From Rhodobacter sp. (GTDB taxonomy: Bacteria; Pseudomonadota; Alphaproteobacteria; Rhodobacterales; Rhodobacteraceae), in the NCBI GenBank assembly GCA_020250445.1, contig JADCEF010000046.1, positions 3,426-67,425 on the forward strand: a DNA stretch of 64,000 nucleotides. The letters are read 5' to 3'. Made by a program: the position numbers and the translations under genes. The stretch's first letter is position 1. Each line of letters opens with the position of its first letter. This document shows positions 54,024-62,278 of this stretch, piece after piece. The notes beneath the pieces were generated by a model. It saw nothing but the letters and a program-made list of their open reading frames with translations, searched no databases and was not told the DNA's origin.

Positions 54024-54862
54024 CCCCCTATTACACCCCTACGGGCGGCCTGCCGCCGCAGACCGCCCTTCACACCGGGCGCGCGGTCTTCACCGAAGCC
54101 TACGCGGTGATCCCCAAGGGCGTGTTTTCCGACATCGTCACCAGTTGCCTGCCGGGGTGGAGCAAAACCCGGCTGTGGCTGATCGCCCGCCCGATGACGG
54201 GTTTCAGCGAAACCTTCAGCCAATATGTGATGGAGGTGGCGTCCGGCGGCGGCTCGGATGCGCCGGAAAACGACCCCGGCGCGCAATCGGTGATCTTCGT
54301 CACCGATGGCGTGATCGCGCTGACGCTCGGGGCAGAGACGCATGAACTGGATGCCGGCGGTTATGCCTATATTCCCGCCGGAACACCGTGGCGGCTGCAT
54401 GCCGAAGGCGATGCGCCCGCCCGCTTTCACTGGATCCGCAAGATCTGGGAACCGGCTGCGGGCGTGGACAGGCCCGCGCCTTTTGTCACCAACGAACGCA
54501 CAATCGCCCCCGTCGCCATGCCCGATACCGATGGCCGCTGGGCCACCACGCGCTTTGTCGATCCGGGCGATCCCGCGCATGACATGCATGTCAACATCGT
54601 CACTTTCCTGCCGGGCGGGGTCATTCCCTTTGAGGAGACCCATGTCATGGAACACGGGCTTTACGTGCTGCAGGGCAAGGCCGTCTACCGGCTGAACCGC
54701 GACTGGGTCGAGGTTGAGGCGGGCGATTTCCTGTGGCTGCGCGCCTATTGCCCACAGGCCTGCTATGCCGCCGGTCCCGGCCCGTTCCGCTATCTGCTGT
54801 ACAAGGATGTGAACCGCCACGCCAGGCTGCGCGGCCCCGGCGCCTTTGCCCCGCTGCCATGA
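54020..54862 (+). CDS. allE: (S)-ureidoglycine aminohydrolase (bicupin)
   Basis: HDMHVNIVTF.PG..IPF.ETHVMEHGLYVLQG, GDFLWLRAYCPQ, YLLYKDVNR. Confidence 0.9.
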   Translation: MTPYYTPTGGLPPQTALHTGRAVFTEAYAVIPKGVFSDIVTSCLPGWSKTRLWLIARPMTGFSETFSQYVMEVASGGGSDAPENDPGAQSVIFVTDGVIALTLGAETHELDAGGYAYIPAGTPWRLHAEGDAPARFHWIRKIWEPAAGVDRPAPFVTNERTIAPVAMPDTDGRWATTRFVDPGDPAHDMHVNIVTFLPGGVIPFEETHVMEHGLYVLQGKAVYRLNRDWVEVEAGDFLWLRAYCPQACYAAGPGPFRYLLYKDVNRHARLRGPGAFAPLP

Positions 54863-54889
54863 CCATCCCCTGTCTGCCCGGACCCTGCC

Positions 54890-54940
54890 CATTTTCTGTT
54901 TCCAAATATCCTCCGGGGGTGCGGGGGTGGAAAACCCCCG
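54890..54940 (+). repeat. REP-like intergenic palindrome, copy 3
   Basis: CATTTTCTGTTTCCAAATATCCTCCGGGGGTGCGGGGGTGGAAAACCCCCG. Confidence 0.65.
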
Positions 54941-54968
54941 CCCCGTCCGCCCGGGCCGTGCAACCGTC

Positions 54969-55448
54969 ATGAGGCAAATTCCACCCGAACCGCTGACCGC
55001 CGCCGCTTTCGCCCCTTTCGGCGATGTGCTGGACGCCAGCGGCACACCGGACCGGATGATCAACGCGAGCCTTTGCGCGCGCTATCATGACCGCGCCCAG
55101 ATCGACATTGCCGAAGGCCGCGCCGGGCTTTCGGTGTTTGATGCCGTGGCCCGGTCGCTACCTTACACCTTTGATCTGGTCGAACGCCACCCGCTGGGAT
55201 CGCAGGCCTTTGTGCCGATGACGCAGGCCCCGTTCCTTGTGATCGTCGCGCCGGACGAACAGGGCACCCCCGGCACGCCCCGCGCTTTCCTGACCAATGG
55301 CGCGCAGGGGATCAACCTGCACCGGGGCACCTGGCATGGCGTGCTGACCCCGTTGCGTGCCCCCGGCCTTTTTGCCGTGCTGGACCGCATCGGCGAGGGG
55401 CCGAACCTGCAGGAATACCGCTATCCGCAGCCCTGGACTGTGCAGTAA
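54969..55448 (+). CDS. allA: Ureidoglycolate lyase
   Basis: EPLTAAAFAPFGDV, VERHPLGSQAFVP, GINLHRGTWH, FAVLDRIG. Confidence 0.93.
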   Translation: MRQIPPEPLTAAAFAPFGDVLDASGTPDRMINASLCARYHDRAQIDIAEGRAGLSVFDAVARSLPYTFDLVERHPLGSQAFVPMTQAPFLVIVAPDEQGTPGTPRAFLTNGAQGINLHRGTWHGVLTPLRAPGLFAVLDRIGEGPNLQEYRYPQPWTVQ

Positions 55449-55459
55449 CCCAGGCCGGT

Positions 55460-56428
55460 TCAGCCCATCAGCCGCGCCACATCCAGCATGCGGTTGGAAA
55501 ACCCCCATTCATTGTCATACCAGCCGAAGACCCGCAGCATCCCCTGCGGTGTGACCCGGGTTTCAGGCAGGGCCATGACGATGCTTTCGGGCCGCGCCCG
55601 CAGGTCGCTTGAGACCAGCGGCCGGGCTGTGACCCCGATCACACCGCCCGCCTGCGCAAGAATGCCGGTCACGGCATCCACCGTTGCCCGCCGGTCCGTC
55701 ATGACGCAAAGGTCGATCGCCGAAACCGACGCCACCGGCACGCGCACCGCAGACCCTTCGATGCGCCCCGCGATCTGGGGCAGCACGCTGTCCAGCAGGC
55801 GCTGGGCCGAGGTGGTGGTGGGCACCATCGACAGCGCCGCCGCCCGGCTGCGCGCAAAATCCGCCGCCGGGGCGTCCACCGTGGGCTGACTGCCGGTGTA
55901 GCAGTGGATCGTCACCATCGACCCGGTGACAATGCCGAAGGTCTCGTGCAGCAGCCGCGCCAGCGGGGCCAGCGCATTGGTGGTGCAGGAGGCGTTCGAC
56001 ACGATCCGGTGCGTGCCCAGCTGCGCCTCGTTTGCCCCCAGCACCACCGTCACCCCCGCCGCTGCCGAGGGGCCCGAAACCAGCACGCGCCGCGCCCCGG
56101 CGGACAGGGCGCGGCCCGCAACCCCGGCCCGGTCGGCCCGCCCGGTGCATTCCATCACCACATCCACACCCGACAGGTCCAACACCGACAGATCGGCTTG
56201 GCGGGTCAGCGCAATGCGCCGGCCGTTCAGCACCAAAGCGCCGTCCTCCAGCGCGACCGGGCCCGTCCAGACCCCGAAGATGCTGTCGAATTCGAAAAGG
56301 TAGGCGCACATCTCGGGGGCGGCGATGTCATTGATCCCGACGATGTCGATGTCGGGCCATCCGCCCTGCAGCCAGGCCCGCAGCACCGACCGTCCGATCC
56401 GGCCAAACCCGTTCACCACCACCCGCAT
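55460..56428 (-). CDS. gap: Type I glyceraldehyde-3-phosphate dehydrogenase paralog (divergent)
   Basis: NGFGRIGR, FDSIFG, ECTG, SNASCTTN, RVP...VS, WYDNEWGFSNRM. Confidence 0.85.
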   Translation of the reverse strand: MRVVVNGFGRIGRSVLRAWLQGGWPDIDIVGINDIAAPEMCAYLFEFDSIFGVWTGPVALEDGALVLNGRRIALTRQADLSVLDLSGVDVVMECTGRADRAGVAGRALSAGARRVLVSGPSAAAGVTVVLGANEAQLGTHRIVSNASCTTNALAPLARLLHETFGIVTGSMVTIHCYTGSQPTVDAPAADFARSRAAALSMVPTTTSAQRLLDSVLPQIAGRIEGSAVRVPVASVSAIDLCVMTDRRATVDAVTGILAQAGGVIGVTARPLVSSDLRARPESIVMALPETRVTPQGMLRVFGWYDNEWGFSNRMLDVARLMG

Positions 56429-56880
56429 CGCCCGCCCTTCCCCGAACTATCCTGCGCCTGTCAGATCACGGCGCAAGACGGCCTTCAATGCCGCGCATCA
56501 CGCGTCGGGGCCCGCCGGGCGGATCGGGGGGCAGGGATGCCGGACAAATTGCGGGACGGCGGCACCGGGAATTGCGCCAGGCTTCTGGCGGGTCGTGATA
56601 CCCCGTCCGCGGGCATCGCACGGGCGCAGACGGCGCAGGCTAGCCCGTGGTGCCGCAAGCAGGATGCAAGGTGCCTGTCATGCCGCAAGGCACGTCTTCA
56701 CGTCCGGGTTGCAGCGGCAACAGATCAGGCTGATCCGGAGCAGGGTCAAGCCGGGTCATCAACCCATATCTTGACGATCCGCAGATTCGCGAGGGCATAT
56801 GCAGGGCGTCTTGGTTGACTTGCCGTTCGCCCGGCGCGACCATGTCCCCCCACAGGGGAATCAACGGAACAGGCGGCGCA

Positions 56881-59800
56881 GTGCGCTTTTCGCGACTTCG
56901 GCTCAATGGCTTCAAAAGCTTTGTCGACCCCACGGATCTGGTGATCCACGAGGGGCTGACCGGCGTCGTCGGCCCCAATGGCTGCGGCAAGTCGAACCTG
57001 CTTGAGGCGCTGCGCTGGGTCATGGGCGAAAACCGCCCCACGGCGATGCGCGGCGACGGCATGGAAGACGTGATCTTTGCCGGTGCCGCCACGCGGGGCG
57101 CGCGCAATTTCGCCGAAGTGTCGATCATCATCGACAATGCCGATCGTCTGGCCCCGTCCGGCTTCAACGATCAGGACCAGATCGAGATCGTGCGGCGGAT
57201 CACGCGCGATGCCGGATCGGCCTACAAGGCCAATACCAGGGATGTGCGGGCACGGGACGTGCAGATGCTCTTTGCCGATGCCTCTACCGGCGCACAATCG
57301 CCCGCGCTGGTGCGGCAGGGCCAGATTTCCGAACTGATCAACGCCAAGCCAAAGAACCGCCGCCGCATTCTGGAAGAGGCGGCAGGGATTTCCGGCCTGT
57401 ATCAGCGCCGACACGAGGCAGAGCTGCGGCTGCAGGCGACCGAGACGAACCTGACCCGCGTCGATGACGTGATCGAGGCTTTGGCCCAGCAGCTTGTCAC
57501 GCTGGCACGCCAGGCCCGTCAGGCCGCCCGCTATCGCGAGATCGCAGAACAGTTGCGGCGGGCCGAAGGGATGCTGCTGTACCGCCGCTGGCGCGAGGCC
57601 GATGAGGCGCGGGTCCTGGCAGAGACGGATCTGCGCGCGCGCATCCTGACGGCATCACAGGCAGAGGCCGCCGCCCGCGCGGCCGCCCAGGCGCGCAGCC
57701 TTGCCGAAGATGCGCTGCCGTCAAAGCGCGAGGAAGAGGCAATTGCCTCTGCCGTGCTGCAGCGCCTGACCGTGCAGCGCGACCAGCTTGCCGAGCAGGA
57801 CGCGCAGGCCACACAGCGGATCGCGACCCTGCGCGGGCGGATCGATCAGCTTGGCCGCGATATGGAACGTGAAGCCGGGCTGAACCGCGACGCCGTGGAT
57901 ACCATCGCCCGGCTGGACTGGGAGCAGGCCCAGATCGGCAAGGCGCAGGACGGCCATGACAGGCGGCTTGCCGAAGCCTCTGATCTGGCCAGAGAGGCGG
58001 CTGCGATTCTGTCAGAGCGGGAAGCCGCGCTGGCCGAAGCGACCGAAGACGTGGCGCGTCTTGCCGCCCGGCACCAGTCGGTCCAGCGGCTGCTGGGCGA
58101 CAACCGCACGACCGTGCAAAAGGCGGAAACCGAAGCCGAACGATCACGCGCGGCCGTGATTTCGGCAACCGGGGCGCTGGCGGCGGCCGAAACGGCCTTC
58201 GAAGCGGCGGAAGCCGCGCAGGCTGATGCCGTGGCACTTGCCGCCGAAACCGAAGCGGCACTGGATGCTGCCGAAGACGCCCGGGGCGAAGCCCAGCGGC
58301 GCGAGGCCGAGGCGCGCGCGGCGCGGTCCGAGGCCGAGGGCGAGGCCAACGCCCTGCGCGCCGAAGTTGCCGCCCTTGCCCGTCTGGTGGACCGCGAAAC
58401 GCTGGCGGGGGCGCAGCTGCTTGACCGGGTGACGGTGACGCCCGGCTATGAAAAGGCGCTGGGTGCCGCCCTTGCCGATGACCTGCGCGCCCCCGAAGTG
58501 GACCATGCGGCACGGTCGGGCTGGGCCGTTCTGCCCGACTTTGACGATCCGCAGCCCTTGCCCGAGGGGGCCGTTGCGCTGTCGCAGCACGTGGATGTGC
58601 CTGCGGTGCTGCGGCGGCGCATCAGCCAGATCGGACTTGTCGGGCGCGGGGCCGGCGCGGCGCTTCAGCCCCGCCTGCGGCCCGGCCAGCGTCTGGTCAG
58701 CCTGGACGGCGATCTCTGGCGCTGGGACGGGTTTCGCGCCGCATCGGAAGATGCCCCGTCCGCCGCCGCCCTGCGCCTGCAGCAGATGAACCGGCTGGTT
58801 GCGCTGAAGCGCGATCTTGAAGATGTGGCGGCCCGCGCCGAAGGGGCGCGTCAGGCGCATGAGGCGCTGCACCGGCGCCTGGCCGATCTGGCGCGGGCCG
58901 ACCAGATGGCGCGCGACGCCCGCCGCGCCGCCGATCAGCGGGTGACCGAGGCCAGCCGCGCCCTGGCCCGGGCCGAGGCGGACCGGTCGATTGCGGCAGG
59001 CAAGCTTGATGCGGCCCGTCTGGCCGTGGCCCGCTTTGATGACGAGGCCGGCCTTGCCCGCGCGGCCGTGCGCGAGGCAGAGGCGGCAGCGGCGGCCCTG
59101 CCCGATCTTGCCACCGCCCGCAGCAATGTCGAACAGGTGCGCACCGCCGTGGAAGCCGCCCGCACCGCGATGATGACCCGCCGGTCGGTGCAGGATGAAC
59201 TGCGCCGCGAGGGCGAGGCCCGCGTGAAGCGTAGGCAGGAGATTGCCCGGGAAGTGTCCGGCTGGAAGCACCGCCTGGAAACGGCGGAAACGCGCGGCAC
59301 CGAACTGTCCGAGCGCCGCGCCGAGGCCGAAAAGGCCCTGTCCGAAGCCATGGCGGCCCCCGGGGAAATCGCGATCCGGCGCGATGAGCTGGCCGGGGCG
59401 ATTGACCGGGCCGAGGCGCGCCGCCGCGCCGGTGCGGATGCCCTTGCCCTTGCCGAGGCCGCCCTGCGGGCGGCGCAAACCGCCGAGCGCGATGCCGAAC
59501 GCAGCGGCAGCGAAGCCCGCGAGGCGCGTGCGCGCGCCGAGGCCCGCCTTGATGCGGCGCGGGGCACAGCCGATTATGCCGCCGAACGCATCCGCGAGGA
59601 AACCGAATGCTCGCCCGCCGACCTGCTGGCCAGCCTCAAGGAAGACCCGGGTGCCATGCCCGATGCCGCAGCCCTCGATGCGGATGTCAACCGCCTGAAA
59701 CGCCAGCGCGAAGCGCTGGGGGCCGTGAACCTGCGGGCGGAAGAAGATGCAAAAGGCGTGCAGGCCGAACATGACACGCTGAAGGCCGAGAAAGACGATC

Positions 59801-60336
59801 TGGAAGAGGCGATCAAGAGGCTGCGTTCCGGCATCGCCGGGTTGAACCGCGAAGGGCGCGAACGGCTGCTGACCGCCTTTGAACAGGTGAACGCCAATTT
59901 CGCCACCCTCTTCACCCATCTGTTCGGGGGCGGCGAGGCGCGGCTTGTTCTGGTGGAAAGCGACGATCCGCTGGAGGCCGGCCTTGAAATCATGTGCCAG
60001 CCGCCCGGCAAGAAACTGGCAACCCTGTCGCTGCTGTCGGGGGGCGAGCAAACGCTGACGGCGCTGGCGCTGATCTTTGGCGTGTTCCTGGCCAACCCCG
60101 CGCCGATCTGCGTGCTGGACGAGGTGGACGCCCCGCTGGACGATGCCAACGTCACCCGGTTCTGCGACCTGCTGGATGAAATGACGCGCCGCACCGAAAC
60201 GCGGTTCCTGATCATCACGCACCACGCCGTCACCATGGCGCGGATGGACCGGCTGTTCGGGGTGACGATGGTGGAACAGGGTGTCAGCCAGCTGGTCAGC
60301 GTTGATCTGAAAAAGGCCGAAGCGCTGGTGGCGTGA
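56881..60336 (+). CDS. smc: Chromosome segregation protein SMC
   Basis: LNGFKSF, GPNGCGKSN, long coiled coils, short hinge, LSGGEQ, DEVDAPLDDAN, ITH; GTG start gives 1151 aa. Confidence 0.97.
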   Translation: MRFSRLRLNGFKSFVDPTDLVIHEGLTGVVGPNGCGKSNLLEALRWVMGENRPTAMRGDGMEDVIFAGAATRGARNFAEVSIIIDNADRLAPSGFNDQDQIEIVRRITRDAGSAYKANTRDVRARDVQMLFADASTGAQSPALVRQGQISELINAKPKNRRRILEEAAGISGLYQRRHEAELRLQATETNLTRVDDVIEALAQQLVTLARQARQAARYREIAEQLRRAEGMLLYRRWREADEARVLAETDLRARILTASQAEAAARAAAQARSLAEDALPSKREEEAIASAVLQRLTVQRDQLAEQDAQATQRIATLRGRIDQLGRDMEREAGLNRDAVDTIARLDWEQAQIGKAQDGHDRRLAEASDLAREAAAILSEREAALAEATEDVARLAARHQSVQRLLGDNRTTVQKAETEAERSRAAVISATGALAAAETAFEAAEAAQADAVALAAETEAALDAAEDARGEAQRREAEARAARSEAEGEANALRAEVAALARLVDRETLAGAQLLDRVTVTPGYEKALGAALADDLRAPEVDHAARSGWAVLPDFDDPQPLPEGAVALSQHVDVPAVLRRRISQIGLVGRGAGAALQPRLRPGQRLVSLDGDLWRWDGFRAASEDAPSAAALRLQQMNRLVALKRDLEDVAARAEGARQAHEALHRRLADLARADQMARDARRAADQRVTEASRALARAEADRSIAAGKLDAARLAVARFDDEAGLARAAVREAEAAAAALPDLATARSNVEQVRTAVEAARTAMMTRRSVQDELRREGEARVKRRQEIAREVSGWKHRLETAETRGTELSERRAEAEKALSEAMAAPGEIAIRRDELAGAIDRAEARRRAGADALALAEAALRAAQTAERDAERSGSEAREARARAEARLDAARGTADYAAERIREETECSPADLLASLKEDPGAMPDAAALDADVNRLKRQREALGAVNLRAEEDAKGVQAEHDTLKAEKDDLEEAIKRLRSGIAGLNREGRERLLTAFEQVNANFATLFTHLFGGGEARLVLVESDDPLEAGLEIMCQPPGKKLATLSLLSGGEQTLTALALIFGVFLANPAPICVLDEVDAPLDDANVTRFCDLLDEMTRRTETRFLIITHHAVTMARMDRLFGVTMVEQGVSQLVSVDLKKAEALVA

Positions 60337-60467
60337 TGGTGGACGCCGACTGTTCGGGGTCCTTCGGCTGCAGATCTCCGAAAGAGGCACCCCGGGGCCG
60401 GACACTGTTCTGTGCCAGCCCTGTCCTGCCGGGGCTTGCCCGCAGTGGCGCGGGTTGGTCCGGTCTT

Positions 60468-60753
60468 GGTGCGGGCGTCCCGCCACCGTGGGGGAAACGC
60501 GGGTTGCGTTTCCGGGTCCCGCCCGGAGGGGCGAAAGGACCTTCACCGCTGCAATGGCAGGGGCCATCGCCCCTGCCACAGCGTCCCGCTGACCTCAGGC
60601 CAGCCGCGGGCCAAAGCCCCCGGCCAGCCGCCCGCCCCGCCCACGGCGGGCGCTTCTCGCCCCCCGGGTCGGGCGCTGGCCTCTGTTGGTGCGTGCGTCA
60701 CGGATCTTGGTGGAAACGTTCCGCGCGGGCGGGGAAATGCGGGTCGCGTTTCC
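60468..60753 (+). repeat. Multi-hairpin GC-rich element with a duplicated GGAAAYGC-GGGTY-GCGTTTCC hairpin
   Basis: Hairpins at 60493-60513 and 60733-60753; nested stems 60515-60541; 9-bp stem 60555-60578. Confidence 0.5.
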
Positions 60754-60794
60754 TTCTCCCGGCCGGACCGAACCTTCTTTCGTCTCTGTCATGG

Positions 60795-60985
60795 CTTACT
60801 CCCGCCGAACGTAAGGTGATATCTCAAGATGCCGGGCCAGAACCTCTTCGAAATCCTGCTGCCGTAAAAGCACCTTCTCCTGATATATCGCGCCGAAGTC
60901 TGAAAGTGCCGAACCTGAACGATCCCCGCGGCGGGGATTATAACCGCGATCCTCTGGTGTTCTGAATCTGACGCATGGTACCCAC
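60795..60985 (-). pseudogene. 3' remnant of an unidentified gene
   Basis: Lower-GC stretch with an open minus frame ending ...DFGAIYQEKVLLRQQDFEEVLARHLEISPYVRRE-stop; lacks a start and abuts the IS1380 break. Confidence 0.3.
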
Positions 60986-61016
60986 TAAAGAGGCGAAATT
61001 TTTCGTGCCAGTTCAA

Positions 61017-61475
61017 TCGAACCGCCCCATCTGGGAAGCCGAGGCCGCCTGCGCATCGACAGCCCTGCCGCCGACAACCTGACGCATGACCGGGTCGAGC
61101 GCGAGACGGTCAGCGTCGTTGACGTCCTCGTATCCGGCCAGCCGCCCGAACACCGACTGCCGGAACAACCCTTCAAGACGATGGAACGTGTTCTTGCCCG
61201 GGCGGGTGTCGCGCAATGTTGCTGCTGCAAGATCGGACAGCCCGAGCGCGTCATCAAGCTCGCGCATCACCAGCAGCCCGCCGTCCGAACTGATCTGCGC
61301 GCCCAGGAACTCCACCCGCACCCGGCGGTCGAAATCGACCCGATCTGCCCGCTGCGAGCCCGCACCCTCTGGGTGATCCATAAAGCAAGCTCCCCGCAGC
61401 CATCAATGCCATGATTTATAAACAAAATATCATACTCAGGACAGCGAAATCAGCGGTTTACTTGGGGAATGCGGG
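61017..61475 (-). mobile_element. 5' fragment of an IS1380-family element
   Basis: Transposase N-terminus (61013-61381): FDRRV..EF.GAQISSDGGLL..RELDD, RQSVFGRLAGYEDVNDA.RLA.DP, SASQMGRF, then truncation; terminal repeat CCCGCATTCCCCAAG at 61461-61475. Confidence 0.85.
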
Positions 61476-61606
61476 CTAAGTCTGGCGGTCGTGCAGACCA
61501 CAGACACCGCTCGAGGCAGAAAAGACTTGTCCAAAGAGAAGATTCGGGTGATCTTTCTCATGTATTGGCCCGCTAGTTGGGGAGAGTGTTCGCGGAGGAA
61601 TCTGAG

Positions 61607-61834
61607 ATGAAAGATGAATACATCGGTAAGGAACTAGACAAGCCTGTTTCAGACGGTTCTTCACCGCCTGAAGCGGACAGCGAAATTGTGGATGATGAAG
61701 CTAATGCCTTATGTTGGCTAACAATAAATGGAAACCGCACTTCGTTCAGTCCCGGTGCCCGTGTATGCTGGGGTGGTAACGTAATAATCTGTCAGAGTAA
61801 TGGCCAATGGCATAATTCTAGGAAGAGTTGCTGA
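61607..61834 (+). CDS. 75-aa protein: acidic N-terminus plus 4-Cys/3-Trp domain (DUF1496-like pattern)
   Basis: GGAGGA RBS at 61594-61599; MKDEYIGKELDKPVSDGSSPPEADSEIVDDEANALCWLTINGNRTSFSPGARVCWGGNVIICQSNGQWHNSRKSC. Confidence 0.7.
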   Translation: MKDEYIGKELDKPVSDGSSPPEADSEIVDDEANALCWLTINGNRTSFSPGARVCWGGNVIICQSNGQWHNSRKSC

Positions 61835-61846
61835 AAGGAGAGCGCC

Positions 61847-62188
61847 ATGAAGCCTTTTAGAGCCTTGTTCTTCGTCCTTGTCAGTTCCACATCTGCGTTT
61901 TCTCAGGAGGCAGTACCGACTTGTGCCCAATATGGGTGTCCGGATTGCTCATGCATTGCAGACAATGCTGAGCTGCGTCAGGCGTTAGCCCGGTCGTACT
62001 CAGAGATTCTTGATAGCCTTGTCGAAGCGGGAGTCCCGCCTGAGGCGGTACAAATGAGCATGTCTGGTTACAATGGAATTGAGGTTAACGAGACCATCAC
62101 TCTTGATGATGGAAGAACACTAGGGTGCTGCTGTGGGTGCGGTTCTCCATCATGCAAGTGGACCTTTGCTGTAAAGCAAGCCCAGTAA
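61847..62188 (+). CDS. 113-aa secreted cysteine-rich protein (9 Cys)
   Basis: GGAGAG RBS; Sec-type signal MKPFRALFFVLVSSTSAFS; clusters CAQYGCPDCSC and GCCCGCGSPSC. Confidence 0.75.
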   Translation: MKPFRALFFVLVSSTSAFSQEAVPTCAQYGCPDCSCIADNAELRQALARSYSEILDSLVEAGVPPEAVQMSMSGYNGIEVNETITLDDGRTLGCCCGCGSPSCKWTFAVKQAQ

Positions 62189-62203
62189 TTTCCCTGGTAC
62201 GAG

Positions 62204-62278
62204 CCGACATTCCCCAAGTGGCGTGCTGTCTGACGCCAAGATCGCGTAAATCTTCTCTCTGGACAAGCGCCTTTTGCC
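62204..62278 (-). mobile_element. 3' end stub of a second IS1380-family copy
   Basis: CCGACATTCCCCAAG at 62204-62218 matches the repeat at 61461-61475 in inverted orientation at 13/15; interrupted by ISAs1 at 62279. Confidence 0.65.

Noticed and set aside
56881-60336. Ala/Arg/Glu periodicity in smc and the Pro-Ala tail of the OmpA protein as tandem repeats
   Set aside because: These are ordinary coiled-coil and linker composition, not DNA repeat arrays.
60733-60745. Similarity of GGGGAAATGCGGG to the IS1380 terminal repeat
   Set aside because: Better explained as part of the duplicated hairpin; the CTT/AAG end of the repeat is missing.
60333-60965. 210-aa ORF overlapping the smc stop
   Set aside because: It crosses the hairpin element and a compositional boundary, and the translation is low-complexity; likely spurious.
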